From the NCBI GenBank assembly GCA_964016885.1, contig CAXHJY010001738.1, positions 124,001-188,000 on the forward strand: a stretch of DNA of 64,000 nucleotides, written 5' to 3'. Below, in pieces: positions 41,227-54,453 of the stretch; position 1 is the stretch's first letter, and every line of letters starts with the position of its first letter. Origin of the DNA: Eledone cirrhosa (taxonomy: Eukaryota). Made by a program: the position numbers and the translations under genes. The notes beneath the pieces are model-generated. The model was not told the DNA's origin and made no database searches. It saw nothing but the letters and a program-made list of their open reading frames with translations.

Positions 41227-41911
41227 CTCTTAAAATGCTATAAGAAAATGAAATACATGCTATGTGGTAAAGTCAGAGTTTCAAGAGTTTGACAAAATGA
41301 GTTGTTTTGATTGGTGGGAAGGATCAAGGCGATGTACTGGCCTGTAGTGTATATGGGGGTGGGTGTGATGGTGAGATGTTGATGACGGTCGGAGGATGAG
41401 ATGGGCTGTGGTGTGGTGGTGGTGGGTTGGCCTTGGCGTGTAGAGTATGTGGGGGTGGATGTGATGATATGGTGGTGGTTATGGTTGAAAAAGGCGGTAA
41501 AGTAGTTGTGTTATTTGTATGAGCCAATATTGAACATTTCCGTTCGGAGAGACCCTCCATCGACTTCATTAAAGTCCTTAAGGAAACAAGTTTCATTGTC
41601 TAACATGGCCTACTAACATTCTCATTCTATTAACTTGTTTGCTTCATCAACAATTAGGTTTAATATTTCTACATACTTCCATCATAGATCACAATATCTT
41701 CTGGTGAACTTAGTAATTCCATGAATACAGATCAATAACATATATACGAATTTATTATTCTGTTATTGATTAGGGCAATATTAGCAACACCTACAGCCAT
41801 TTTCGGGGCTTCCAAGACATGTGGGAAGATTGTGACAGTAGTGACAGAAGTGGTTATAAAAATTCCTACATGACCTCCAAGACATGTGGGAAGGTATGAC
41901 AGCAGTAACTG

Positions 41912-42043
41912 ATACTTTAGTTTATCGACCTCGTAAGATGAAAGGCAAAGTTAACCTCGATGGGATTTGAACTCAGAAACGTAAAGGGCCATAATTCTAT
42001 ACCGCAAAGCATGGTGTCCGACGCTCTAACTATTACTGCCAAT
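41912..42043 (-). mobile_element. tRNA-derived SINE
   Basis: A-box-like TGGCAGTAATAGTTAG and B-box GAGTTCAAATCC on the minus strand. Confidence 0.8.
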
Positions 42044-42335
42044 CAAGGACTGAACATAATAGAATCAAATTCCCATTGCCACTGCCTTCGTCTTTCTCTG
42101 GCAAATGTGGTCCCCACGGTACCTTCACCCTCACATCTTTCAGGTGTTGTAGATGATGTTTTGTCAGGGAGAAGTCTTCACCGCAATATTTTCCTTCTGT
42201 AAAAACTCTAAACAATGTGTAACAACTGGGAACCTCGGAAATAAAAGGACCTAATATACATATATGAATGGAATATTGATTTTAACCTTCCTCTTCATTC
42301 TCTTACAACATATAACGGAATTAGTATCGAATATC

Positions 42336-42721
42336 TATATATATAGAACATATATATAGAACATATATATATAGAACATATATATAGAACATATATATAG
42401 AACATATATATATAGAACACATCTATATATAATGAAGTTAGAACATCTATATATAACAAAGTTAGAACATCTATCTATAACGAAGTTAGAACATCTATCT
42501 ATAATGAAGTTAGAACATCTATCTATAACGAAGTTAGAACATCTATCTATAACGAAGTTAGAACATCTATATATAACAAAGTTAGAACATCTATCTATAA
42601 CGAAGTTAGAACATCTATCTATAATGAAGTTAGAACATCTATCTATAACAAAGTTAGAACATCTATCTATAATGAAGTTAGAACATCTATCTATAACGAA
42701 GTTAGAACATCTATCTATAAC
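42336..42721. repeat. 24-bp minisatellite (GAAGTTAGAACATCTATCTATAAC) preceded by shorter (TA)nGAAC units
   Basis: Seen directly. Confidence 0.95.
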
Positions 42722-43130
42722 ATTGGGTTGCATTTTGAAGATCTTTTTCTCTCCGTTTTTATCAGCGAAATATGTTTTATTAATAAAATTAAAAACATCG
42801 TAAACAAATCTATTTCAAATAACACTACAGATATTAAAAAAAGGGGGAAAGACATGGACTCTGGGGTCACAGAAGAATAGGAGAGAAGAGGAGAGGCGGT
42901 GGGCTAGGGCGCGGTGGTGTTGAGGCTTCGCCCCGCGGTCACGACTGCAAAAGTGTTTCCGCGAATAAATAGAATTACTTTTGTTTATGTTAGTATATAC
43001 AAAGTTGTATTCTCCTTCTTCACAGTTGACTGTTCCACCGTTTAACGATGTTTCTTTAAAATTGAATCCCAGCACACTTCTATTTGTCATATTTCATTTT
43101 CACACACACACACACACACCTACACACACG

Positions 43131-43214
<84 letters not shown>

Positions 43215-43227
43215 ATATATGTATGAT

Positions 43228-43375
43228 TTGTTTCTGACCAATGGCGGAATGGACGTGTTTTATCGAGGCTAATAATATGGAGTTACATAATTACTATCGA
43301 TTGGACAATATCGATGTATTGACTAATCGATATTTTCATTGTTCGTATTCACCTCTTGAAACGATCGTAAAACAA
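43228..43375 (+). ncRNA. Degenerate hammerhead-like motif with ~117-nt helix II insert
   Basis: ttgttt-CTGACCA-[nested hairpin tatcgattgg..taatcgata]-GAAA-cgatcg-TA-aaacaa. Confidence 0.45.
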
Positions 43376-44004
43376 TGGATTCATTTAGCACTGAATCCCG
43401 TCTTTATTGTTCAGCTTATACATACATACGTACATACATACATACGTACATACATACATACGTACATACATACATACGTACATACATACATACATACATA
43501 CATACATACATACATACATACATACATACATACATACATACATACATACATACATACATACGTACATACGTACATACGTACATACGTACATACGTACATA
43601 CGTACATACATACATATGCATCTACTCACACCCGTGTTATGTGTACTGACGAGCACCCACGCACACCGATGCTCCCACATGTACGTATACATACACATCA
43701 ACATATATATAAAGATGGGTTCTGATATATTCATACATACACATATGTTCTAGGTAAACCAGGTCTGCTGTTCATATCACACATGGCGCCAACTCTGCTA
43801 ATTTCTGCCAGGAATATCTTGTACGACCTTTGAACAATATACTACGGTACAAACAATATTGTGACATCTACAGACAGAGTGGCACGAAATAACTTGCGGC
43901 ACAGAGCGAATTGTGGGACCTAAAGGATTGTTACCTCTGAGAAAATACGGTAAGGAAATATATTTCTACTATTTTCTTCTGATAGGGGAGGGCGAAGTTG
44001 TTCT

Positions 44005-45275
44005 TTACTTTCTGGGTTCAAATCTCACCAAGGTGTTATTTGATTTTCATCCTTTCGAAATCAATAAAATAAAGTACCAGACACGTACTAGGGTCGATGT
44101 TATCAACTTCTCCCTTTCCCAAATTGCTGGCCTTAGACCTAAATTACATACATTTCCCTGTAACTCACGAGTGAGTTGGAGAGGCACCGTATCGCCATAT
44201 GGGGTTTCTTAGGCATTTTAAGCCTGGGTGAGTCCATCTCCTCTCTCTAGGTCTGAACACAAGATTTCTTCCAGAAAAGGATAGAAAGTGAAAAAGAGGA
44301 AGTGAGAAAGAGATATAAAGGAAGAATCGCCTCCTGTATGCGACTGGTACTTATTGACCTTGAATGACGAAAGGGTGAAAGGCAAAGTTGACTTCGGCAG
44401 GATTTCAACTCTAAGAGCTGAGTACCGGGACTAATACCACAAGCTATAATATCCCACGTTTATAATGTCTGAATTAGAAACCATTAATATCTTCTCCATC
44501 TCCCTCATATGTGGATGTTGCATAACTGAATGATTAAGAAGTTCTCTTTGCAATCCTCAAGTCACACCCTCGATCCCTCCACGTGACATCTTGCACAAAT
44601 GTATTTTACCGTAAGCTTCGGATCGAACCAAACCTTGTGAGTGAAATCACTAGAATAGAAGTTGGTTGAAGACTCGTCCTATGTCAGAAGCTATTTCAAG
44701 ACTCGTCCTATGTCAGAAGCTATTTCAAGACCCGTCCTATGTCAGAAGCTATTTGAAGACCCGTCCTATGTCAGAAGCTATTTCAAGACCCGTCCTATGT
44801 CAGAAGCTATTTCATTTAAAGGATCACACTTCTTACATACTGTGTCACGCTGAACATTCCATAGAGTTACCGTCATGGGTACACGTGGCTGTGGAATGTG
44901 GTGTTACATTGAATCTCCCTGAGAACTACAGTAAGTGTAGACGTGACTGTGGAATGCTCAGCCACTTACACTCCTGGTGGAGTTGTAGGGGTGCCATACT
45001 GACATACGGTGTTAAACCTGCTTCAACCTATCTCTCCAGGTCTGAACACAGCTGATTGATTCCAGAGAGAGAGAGAGATAGAGAGAGAGAGGGAGAGGAA
45101 GTGAGAAAGAGTTTTAGAGGAAAAATCGACCCCAGTACTAGACTGGTTCTTTTTTATCGAACTTGAAAAGATGAAAGGCAAAGTTGAACTTGGTGAAATT
45201 TGAACTCGGGGCGTCAAAAGCCGGACCGAATGCTGCAAAGTATTCTATATGACGTTCTAACGATTTTTACCAATC
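44005..45275. mobile_element. Cluster of degraded tRNA-SINE pieces (44010-44150 +, 44340-44415 -, 44510-44680 +, 44820-44970, 45125-45275 -)
   Basis: Shared gaaaggcaaagttga and gttcaaat motifs. Confidence 0.7.
44670..44814. repeat. 29-bp tandem repeat, 5 copies, at a SINE tail
   Basis: agac(t/c)cgtcctatgtcagaagctatttca. Confidence 0.95.
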
Positions 45276-45981
45276 CGCCGTACAAAGCAGGTGAGCCCAG
45301 CTGATAATAAAGTAATACGGTATTTTTTTTTTCATTTTATGATTGATATATCGTTCGTGTTATGTATCCATACATATAGCCATACAAGTGTGTGTTTCAC
45401 ACTGGCCAGTCTTCTCTCGTGTATATAAGTATGTCCCAGGTTCAATCGGGAGTAACCACAGTAAGTAAGGTACTCAATACAAAGAAGAGTATACATATTT
45501 AATATAGAAAAGCTTCTACAGGACTAGAACTGTTTCATTCGTGAGATATTCATCATATGTTTTAAATACGGCTTAATACGGGATGTTTGTTTACAAACAC
45601 ACCGAGCATTATAATAAATGTTCGGTGAATCCATACGTACATATATATATGTGTGCATGTATGTATATATATATACATACTACTGTACGTCTGTATACAT
45701 ATATGTATGTACGTGTACATACTTATATATATATATATATATGAAATAAGATTTCGCTTCAAGCACAGCTTTATACAACATGTATAGAAATTTCGTATTT
45801 CTAAAGGAATACGGTTTTATGAAGCCGTAGCTATGTGTAAACACTGGGGGGCTAACGCCCTCTGGTGATGTCCACCAGAGGGCGTTAGCCCCCCCCCCCC
45901 CCCCCAGTGTTTACATAGCTACGGTTTCATAAAACCGTATTTCTTTAGAAATACGAAATTTCTATATATATATACATGTAC

Positions 45982-46345
45982 ATGGTCAGATCGTCGGCAA
46001 TTAAACCAGTAACTCCACCGAGCTTTTGATTTTGGACACCCTGCGTGATGAAAAACAAAACCCGTCAAAGGGCGAAGGAACTCAGGAGTGTCAACGGCCA
46101 TCCAATAAAGATTTTTTTTCTGTGGAACGAGAGACTCTTAGTCTTCATTAAGACATCTCTCTAGGAGAAGGTCACTGTGATATAAAACCTGCGACTTCCA
46201 GTGATCTAGACCAGTTCTTATTTTGGGTAAATGCATACAAAGTTCAGAGAGTGGGATTGACCCCGTGTAAAGCCTTTCCTCACTTAAAAAATCTTCAAGC
46301 ACAGACATTGCTTGGTATGTGACATTTTTTGCGATGCATGGCCAG

Positions 46346-46347
<2 letters not shown>
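45982..46347 (+). mobile_element. Non-autonomous RTE-related short element
   Basis: Colinear with 58490-59022 (-); contains ctaggagaagg..gatataaaacctgc and gagagtgggatt. Confidence 0.6.
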
Positions 46348-46407
<60 letters not shown>

Positions 46408-46566
46408 CCCACTCTACTACCCTAAGTATTGAGTACTTTGGTGCGTTATGGTCCACCTGGTTCCTTACCACATTTCCTTCGTTATATATATATGTATATG
46501 ATTTAACCAATACATATGTATATATTTAACATTTATTTTCATATTAATAATATCCCTACCCTCACC

Positions 46567-46675
46567 ACATCTTTATACTTACACACCACTACAACTTTAT
46601 ACATCTTTATACTTACACACCACTATAACTTTATACATCTTTATACTTACACACCACTATAACTTTATACATCTT
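46567..46675. repeat. 34-bp tandem repeat, ~3 copies, inside a segment duplicated at 48646-48747
   Basis: acatctttatacttacacaccacta(c/t)aactttat. Confidence 0.9.
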
Positions 46676-47447
46676 TCGACTAAAATAATGGATCTCACAC
46701 AAAATAATATATAATTTTCTATATATATTTTGAAGTAAATCATTCATCTAATATAATGGTTAACAAACAAAATTGGAGTTATCTTTCCTTTCTCAATCGT
46801 GCAAACATAAATATAATATATTTGATAATCTGTATAGCTTCGCTAAATTAACAATATTCTGAAAACATTTTCAATGCTGAACAAAATTTTTGAATCCACA
46901 AATTGTTCTACTCTCACAACTTGAACCACCTATTTTTAAGTAAAATACAAAATCAACTTCCTTCGTAACTCATATTTGATATATAAACAACTAATAATTA
47001 TAAATTATCTCTATCTCTATAATACTAATACATACGCAATTATTAATATATATATAGATATTTATATACATATAACCTATCGTAATGTAATAAGATAAAA
47101 ATACTTACAACCATAATTCTTCATATAATCTAATTGATTATATATACAATATTATAACTCATAATATAGGTAAATAAATTTTTTCCCAAAAATTAACGTA
47201 AATGCTAGCTCTTCTTCTTTTCTCTTCTTTCCTACGCATACAATAACTTATCATAATTATTTTAATTTTTCATAGCGTCTAAAATAACGTTTTTTTTCAG
47301 CCCTTTTACCTAAACCTCATTTGCATACTCATCTTAATAACTTGAAATATCTGACTTTCCTTCTTTATCCCTTCACTATCCAAGGATAACTTGAACCGTT
47401 AAGGTATATTCTCCTTGGTTATGTCAAAATGTATAAAACACACTTCG

Positions 47448-47507
47448 TACTTTATCTGATGATAGCGTACCAAAATTTGGCACTCTTGAAATATATATAA
47501 TAGAATA
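47448..47507 (+). ncRNA. Minimal hammerhead, PLE family B
   Basis: tactttat-CTGATGA-tagc gtaccaa aat ttggcac tctt-GAAA-tatata-TA-atagaata. Confidence 0.7.
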
Positions 47508-47641
47508 AATATGGTTTTACAAATATAGTTTCCATTTATTAATATCATTGAATATTATACTCCATAAAACATGTCGAGTGCTCTGATCAGTTATAAACAT
47601 TTATATTTGTTGAATTACCAACAAATTGAATATCCCTTCTG

Positions 47642-47687
<46 letters not shown>

Positions 47688-47872
47688 AGCAAATTATAAA
47701 CGTAAACATGTAAGTATGTTTTTGAAACGGCGCGCGATTTTGAAATTAGAAATTAGAAATTATAGGCTTTCACCGTATTTTAGACTAAAGAATTTCTAGC
47801 CTGATAGTGGGGTTTATAACCCTCGGAGAAATGGAAAAAGATGAGTGTTGCCGTACATATATATATATATAT

Positions 47873-48230
47873 TCTACCTATATCCGATTTCGATGGGCAT
47901 ATTAATCTAATAGTAGGGTCAGTTTCGGAGTTATTTTTATGATCTTTTAGATTAAATGTGAGGTTACAAGGGGCTCGGTTCTATCGGATATTTTCAGTTT
48001 TTTTTTACTATGTTAAGTCCTTCCTTATTAATGTTAGCGAGTGTAGATTCTGTAGTTTTCTTGTATTTTTTGTGTAATTCACAGCGTATAAAGTTGTTGT
48101 ATGTATTAAGGCTCATGGTGCATATGTTTGATGTTTTGTCTGCCTTTACTATTATACCGTTGGTGTTACGTAGTTTTTTTAGTAGTGCATTGATGTCAGT
48201 TTGCAGTTTGCTGTACAGAAATGGAATGTC
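47873..48230 (-). pseudogene. PLE reverse transcriptase N-terminal fragment
   Basis: IIVKADKTSN..KKYKK..NLKDHKNN..RLICPSKSDIG, homologous to 62763..63440. Confidence 0.8.
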
Positions 48231-48982
48231 CCACTGCGGACTTTGCAATATGGAGCTGTTCCATATTTTAAAGTATGACAAAATACTGCTTAACAGCAAA
48301 ATAGAACGATCAATTTTCTGTAGGCACAAAGCAGCTACTAAATTCGCAAATTTCAAACCAACATGATTCGATCCAACAATCCCATAATTCAAGTTGAACC
48401 ACCCAGAGTCTATTATAATAACTACATAGCAACTCACTATTATTTACTGTCAACAGACCAACTAATAACTAAATCAACATCATAAACCTCCTAACCTTTC
48501 TTTCACTCTCTCTCCCTAAAGCTATTTCACCTCTTCCCTTGTATCCTATCCTGTATCTCTTAACCTCTAACCTAACTTCTAATTTATTAATTTATCTTTT
48601 ATATGTTATTTATCATTATAGTCTTTCTTCCTACTCTAACCATCTGTGATTTAACCAATACATATGTATGTATTTAATATTTATTTTCATACTAATAATA
48701 TCCCTACCCTCATCACATCTTTATACTTACACACCACTACAACTTTAACCACCACCACCACCACCACCACTGTTTTCAACAATCATATTATATTCATATT
48801 TTTTTCACGTATATATTTTTTTTACTTATTTTTTATCATCTTCATTCTAACTTCTTTATTATTATTTTTTCTTTTTCTTTTTCTTTTTCTTTTTCTTTTT
48901 CTTTTTCTTTTTCTTTCTTCATTACTGATGTTATTATTTGAACTCTCCGTAGTATAAATACAAATATCGAGTGTAATTTTGT

Positions 48983-49095
48983 CAGTTATTCCGATGATTT
49001 GATTAGGCATACACTGTATTTAAGGTTGAGTGACACAACTTCGAGTGATTAGCAACAGTTAGACATCCTAATCAATGAAACAATTGTTAATACTG
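48983..49095 (+). ncRNA. Type I hammerhead-like motif with ~79-nt helix II domain and CCGATGA core
   Basis: tatt-CCGATGA-t ttgattagg...cctaatcaa t-GAAA-caattg-TT-aata. Confidence 0.7.
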
Positions 49096-49158
49096 TAAAT
49101 AAAACCCTTTTTGTACTGTTGACCATGTTATTCTTCACTCTTTCACTATATATATATA

Positions 49159-49241
<83 letters not shown>

Positions 49242-49336
49242 TGTGTGTCTGTGTGTGTGTCCCACCACCACCCCACTCTCAAAAGCGTGAACCTAATAAA
49301 CTACCATTTGTACTGCCTCTCTGGTTTTTGTTCCTG

Positions 49337-49422
<86 letters not shown>

Positions 49423-49456
49423 AGTAAGAATATTTTCGAAAGAGCGAACGAGTTTG

Positions 49457-49690
49457 AAATTATAAATATAAGCTATCGCCGTATTTTGACTAAAGAAATT
49501 AAAGAAATTATTTAGCCTGATAGTGGGGTTAAGAACCCTCTAAGAAATGGAAAAAGATGAGTATTGACGTACATGGGAGTCAATACTCATCTTTTTCCAT
49601 TTCTCCGAGGGTTCTTAACCCCACTATCAGGCTAAATAATTTCTTTAATTTCTTTAGTCAAAATACGGCGATAGCTTATATTTCTAATAT
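49457..49690. repeat. Near-perfect foldback with ~110-bp arms; related sequence at 47755-47858
   Basis: The arms are inverted around about 49574. Confidence 0.9.
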
Positions 49691-49704
49691 ATATATATAT
49701 ACAT

Positions 49705-50258
49705 AGAAGTAGTAACACAACAGTTAGTTCACCATACCGAGAACAATTGTTTCACCATATGCGGATCTTCAGCTCGGACTGTTAATGGTTATACGGAACA
49801 GGAAAAACAACCGTATAAACGCGCATGCGCAGGAACCGTCACTTCACCCAAGCGATACAAAACCACGGGCGAAATATTCTTAGCGCAGGAGTACCCTAGT
49901 TTTACTCTGTGTCTGTTAAAGATGGAGTGGTATTAGTGATCTATGGGAAGGTGTCTATCTAAGGGGCTAAACATTTTTTCCTACATTAGTTTTAACGTTG
50001 AGTGAGACGGGAGGAGAGAACCAGATAGTTTGTCTATTGTTACTATTTCTTTTCTTATTGCTGTTGTTATTAGTGGGGAGTAAATGATTGTTTGCGAGAA
50101 GCCGCTGTTAGCTAACGCCGCGTTGTAGTAGGGGGCCGCTCTGTCAAAGATTGCTTTATTAGAGGAGAGGTTAGAGATTCTAGTACTACTTCTACCAAAC
50201 TCGTCCCATGAACTGAGTTCTCTACCTCTACGGATATTACCTTCCAGTGTTCTACCGC
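49705..50258 (-). mobile_element. Internally deleted PLE fragment (linker region fused to pLTR)
   Basis: Minus-strand TIWFSPPVSLNVKTNVG and YHSIFNRHRVKLGYSC; HHR at 49737-49777. Confidence 0.75.
49737..49777 (-). ncRNA. Minimal hammerhead ribozyme motif
   Basis: ccgag-CTGAAGA-tcc gcatat ggt-GAAA-caattg-TT-ctcgg. Confidence 0.8.
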
Positions 50259-50974
50259 TATATATATATACACATTATATATATATACATTATATATATA
50301 TATATGATAGCTTAGTAGTTATATAAGTGTTGGTGTTTGGTATTGTCAACTGTAACTGATATCAACATGGAATATGTACTATTTTTAATCAAATTCCTCC
50401 ACCACCCCCTTCTCATTCACACTTCTCCACCTCTCTCTCCCCGGCTTTCTCACACACATTCTCTCCTCCCTCTCTCTCCATCAGTTCAATACACTAAGAG
50501 CTGATGGAATAGTTTCAATGTTATGGGAGTGGTGTAACAGGAAACCGAGCTTCAAGTGTCGACGTCTCTCACCCCCCACCCCACCCTCACCTCTCTCATT
50601 CACACTCTCCCCCTCTCTCTCTCTTTCTCTCTCTCTCTCTTTCCTCCCTCACCTTTCTCGTTCACACTCTTTTTCTCCTTCCCTCTCTCTCTCTCTCTCC
50701 TTTACCCCTCTCTCTCATCTTTCTTCCTCCCTCCCTCTCCTATCTCTCTCTCCTTTACCCCTCCTCTCACCTCTCTTTCTCCCTCCCTCCTCCTATCTCT
50801 CTCTCCCTCCCCCTCATGTTGTGATCAACTGTAAAAACAGACTCACAGATGTCGCCCCAGCTGCGACAAACAAGCAAAGGCGGCCATATCTAAACGAAAA
50901 CGAGGCAACCTTAAAAAACATGGAACAATGTAGTATTTCACAAGTATTTGGGATGGTGTAGTGAAGTATATAGA

Positions 50975-51123
50975 TGGCGGTGGTGGTGGCGGCAGAGTCG
51001 TTAGAACGCTGGTATTTGTTCCAGGTCGCTGCTGTCTGAGTTCAAATCACGCCGAGGTTCACTTGGCCTTTCATACTTTCGGGGTCGATAAAAAAAGTAC
51101 CAGTCTAGTACTGGGGTCGATTC
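50975..51123 (+). mobile_element. tRNA-derived SINE
   Basis: ggcagagtcgttagaacg..GAGTTCAAATC..gcctttcat..ggggtcgataaa..gtaccagt. Confidence 0.8.
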
Positions 51124-51270
51124 TTCCTCTATCTCTTTCTTACTTCCACTCTGTCACTGTCTATCCTTCTCTGGCGAAATGGGCTCCACCAGGCTTAAGA
51201 AGCAAAAGGAACGCCGTATGTCACTATGGCGCCCCTACGACTTCATCCGGAGTTACGGAACTTTCCAAAG

Positions 51271-51352
<82 letters not shown>

Positions 51353-51479
51353 CTTATGTATGTTTCTCAATTTCAAGAATTGCCACCACCTTATCTCCGC
51401 CCCTAACATGGGTGGCACAAATATGACTTTTTAGCCCTTCCTAGGATTTACATTACTTCCTGTATATGCTGCAATGATA

Positions 51480-52040
51480 GACATTATTTACACTTTGGTT
51501 TCCTGTTTTGGTGAGTTCTCAAATGACGCTGGAGCCGACCATCTGAGACACAATCTTGACAGGAAGTAATGCCCCAAAAGGCCAAAATTTACAGCATTTT
51601 GGATGTGTTTTTTCTGATGACTTCTAAGACCAGCTTTGCTGAGGCAAATCCTGCCACATTCATTGCGCATAAAGTCATTTTGAGTATCTGAAATCCAGAT
51701 AATATCGTGTAGATCCTTACAGAGAGCCCTCCTTCATTTCCCATACCCCACACAAGATTTTTTAAATTCTTATTTTCCATTAAACAGTGTTTTCCTCCAA
51801 GATGATGTCTTGCCAGTTATCTTCTCTCATGTTTTAGTCTATCAAAACTCTTTTGATTCAGTCTTTATACCTGAGTTCATACCTCGGTCTTCCCTAACTA
51901 ACTACCTGTACAGAAACTACTTAGGAATACGAGGATCTGGTATTCTTACAACATGGCCGCTCCAGAAAAATCTATATTAAATTATGAGAAATTCAATATC
52001 TTCAAGATGACTTCATTCCATCACTCCAACTTCGCTTTAG
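51480..52040 (-). mobile_element. Degraded RTE (BovB-like) 3' fragment
   Basis: WSGHVVRIPDPRIPK and C-terminal ECGRICLSKAGLRSH. Confidence 0.7.
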
Positions 52041-52041
52041 A

Positions 52042-53915
52042 TTTTTTTTTTTTTTTCGTAATTGTTTTATTTAAATGAAATATAATCAATTAATGATAAA
52101 GTAGAAAATCAAACTTTCCAGTTGTTGTCTTCCTGTTTCTTCTACAACAACTACAACGGTACGCGATGGGGCCCACCCACAGCCCCGGCGGACAGAATGG
52201 AGAAGGCGTTTCCCCGGAGGACGGCAAGGGAGACGCGCTGGAAAAACCACACCAACTCGCGGGACTCACACTTGCGGCTGGCCAGCTCAGCCCCTATGGT
52301 GGTGAGTAAGGAGGTAGCCCTGGGGCCGAGGACACCAGCAGTCTCCACTGCCAGGAATACAACCGTAACCTGTCGGAGAGCGACCGGTATTTGAGGAGTT
52401 TGGCTCCCTCAGCCCGACGTGCAGCAGAACCTGGGTCAGTCGCAGACTGCACCAGGTTGCAGCTGCAGAAGGTGTCGGTGCAAGTGGCATCCCAGACGAG
52501 GGGTTTGCCACCGCGGAACGGAAAGATGGTTATGCCATCTGGCCTTTTGCCGCCCCCTCGATCCAGCCCCACCGGCTCGAGCTGGGAAGGGAAGCCTGCA
52601 GCGTCCAAGCCATGCTTAATGACCTCGTTGAGGGCAGCATGGCGTGGAATGCGGTCGGCACTGGCGACAGGAAAGTGGGTGGAGACCGAAAGAGTCCACG
52701 GTGGAACAACAGCGACATTGGTGTGCCTGGCAAATCCGGAGGCCGAGCCTCAGGGAAACGCTGATGCACAGGCTATGGTTGTCTAGCTGCGTGCCAGTGG
52801 AGAAGGAGGGCAGGGCATGGAGCCAGGCACCACTGTGGGATTTGGAGCCCGCACGAAAACAAGCAAGGCGGTGCTGGTCGAGCTGGCGCGTGGGCCTGTC
52901 TGAGGCCAGGTTGCACTGGATGGCATCCCAATTGCGTTGGGGGGACTTGACGTCAACAGGGGAGAAGGAGGAGGGACATCTACTGGGCTAAGTCTCAGCC
53001 GGTCCCATGTCTCACAGGCAGCCTCACGTTCTCTGAACACAGAGGGTTATGTTGTGTTTTGAAGAGCCCTGCTGACGAGGCCTCGGCACGAGGTTACCGA
53101 CAAAAGATACGCCGGCAAAGCTAGTGAGATCGGGGACCGGAGGCCAAGGCCGCCATACCTGAACCGGTAAAGTGGCCTGTTGCCACCCTATGTCGTCAAA
53201 CTTTACGTTGCATATCGCCTCGGCTGCTGCTCGGATACAAGTATCGAGGTCAGCGAGGAGAGATATCTGAGTGTAGCATGGAGCGCTGCGGAGTGTATAG
53301 AGGGGCTTCGGCATGGCGAAGCAGTTCCTCAGCAGAAAGAGAGCTGGGTGGCCGTCAATCAAGCCCAGTCGGCTCGTGAAAGTCTGGAGCTGTTGAAGCC
53401 TGGACCTGATGGTGGAGCGGATGGCCAGCGGGTGGATCGGTGACCCAAGGATGAGGACATCCTCTTTGGGGGTCACCTGAACCTGGCGGAGAATGGACCG
53501 CCCGCCCAAGACGGAGGCTGCAAAGCTCGCAGCATCGAGGCTGACATTCACCAGCTCCGACTTGGCCGAGTTGACCTGGAGGCCGATTCCCGCCACGGCA
53601 GGAACCACCGATTGAAGATCATGACAGACCGTCCGTACGGGCCCGTCCAACGTAGCATCATCCAGATACCAAACGTTGAGAGGGGCCGTGATACTCCGGG
53701 CGATGTGGTCAATACCAAGGGCGAACAGGAGGGGCCTCAAAGGGTCGCCCTGTTGGACCCCAGTAGCCGAGAGTATGACCGTATCAGCAGCAAGGAGTAT
53801 GCTCGGGGCTCCATACAACAGGTGGGCCAGAGGGGGCTCGGCTGAAGTAGGCCTCGAGCAGATGACAATAAGGTGCCTGGAGTCCCTGACGGTGGAACTG
53901 GGGTGGGGGCATGAC
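52042..53915 (-). mobile_element. 5'-truncated CRE-clade non-LTR retrotransposon (RT + restriction-like endonuclease) with poly(A) tail
   Basis: GVQQGDPL.PLLF, WYLDD, LGSP, RHAALN, KRPDG..WDAT..E..K..KY, FQRVSLAVLRGNA; T-run at 52042-52056. Confidence 0.88.
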
Positions 53916-54231
53916 TTCCTCCAATAATTATATCTTCTGCCCAAACTACCAAAACACACATCTATTTGGATATGTTATCTTTTCTAACCATTTTAGTGTG
54001 CAAAGAGCTAAACTTAATTGTCCAAATTTGGCCTCAGCAATTCAGAAATGTTTCCACCGCCCCATATATATATATATAGGGGGTCTATATATATATATAT
54101 ATATAGGGGGTCTATATATATATATAGTCTATATATATATATATATATAGGGAGTGTAACTTGGAGTTACTGTAGGTTCCCCCGGGTGAGCACTCGATGT
54201 TTAGGTTCACTTCAGTGTCGAGGTGTAGAGG

Positions 54232-54309
54232 GGTCTGACGAGCCGCGGATTACAAAGTCGGGTCAGATCGATACAGATCGAACCTTGAGTTGATGAAACG
54301 TGCGTCACC
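54232..54309 (+). ncRNA. Hammerhead motif with long helix II whose closing strand is partly deleted
   Basis: ggt-CTGACGA-gccgcggat...tcgat acag atcga...-GAAA-cgtgcg-TC-acc. Confidence 0.6.
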
Positions 54310-54362
54310 AACCAATAAACGTAATGAAGGAGTAACCAATCGTCCTTGTTATCTTATTTCAC

Positions 54363-54452
<90 letters not shown>

Positions 54453-54453
<1 letters not shown>

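Noticed and set aside
41520-41610. Possible short exon (MLDNETCFLKDFNEVDGG.. or ANIEHFRSERP..)
   Set aside because: No recognisable homology or convincing splice sites.
49496-49550. Hammerhead in the 49.5-kb foldback (CTGATAG-ggggtt/aaccct)
   Set aside because: Core spacing and the NUH site do not fit.
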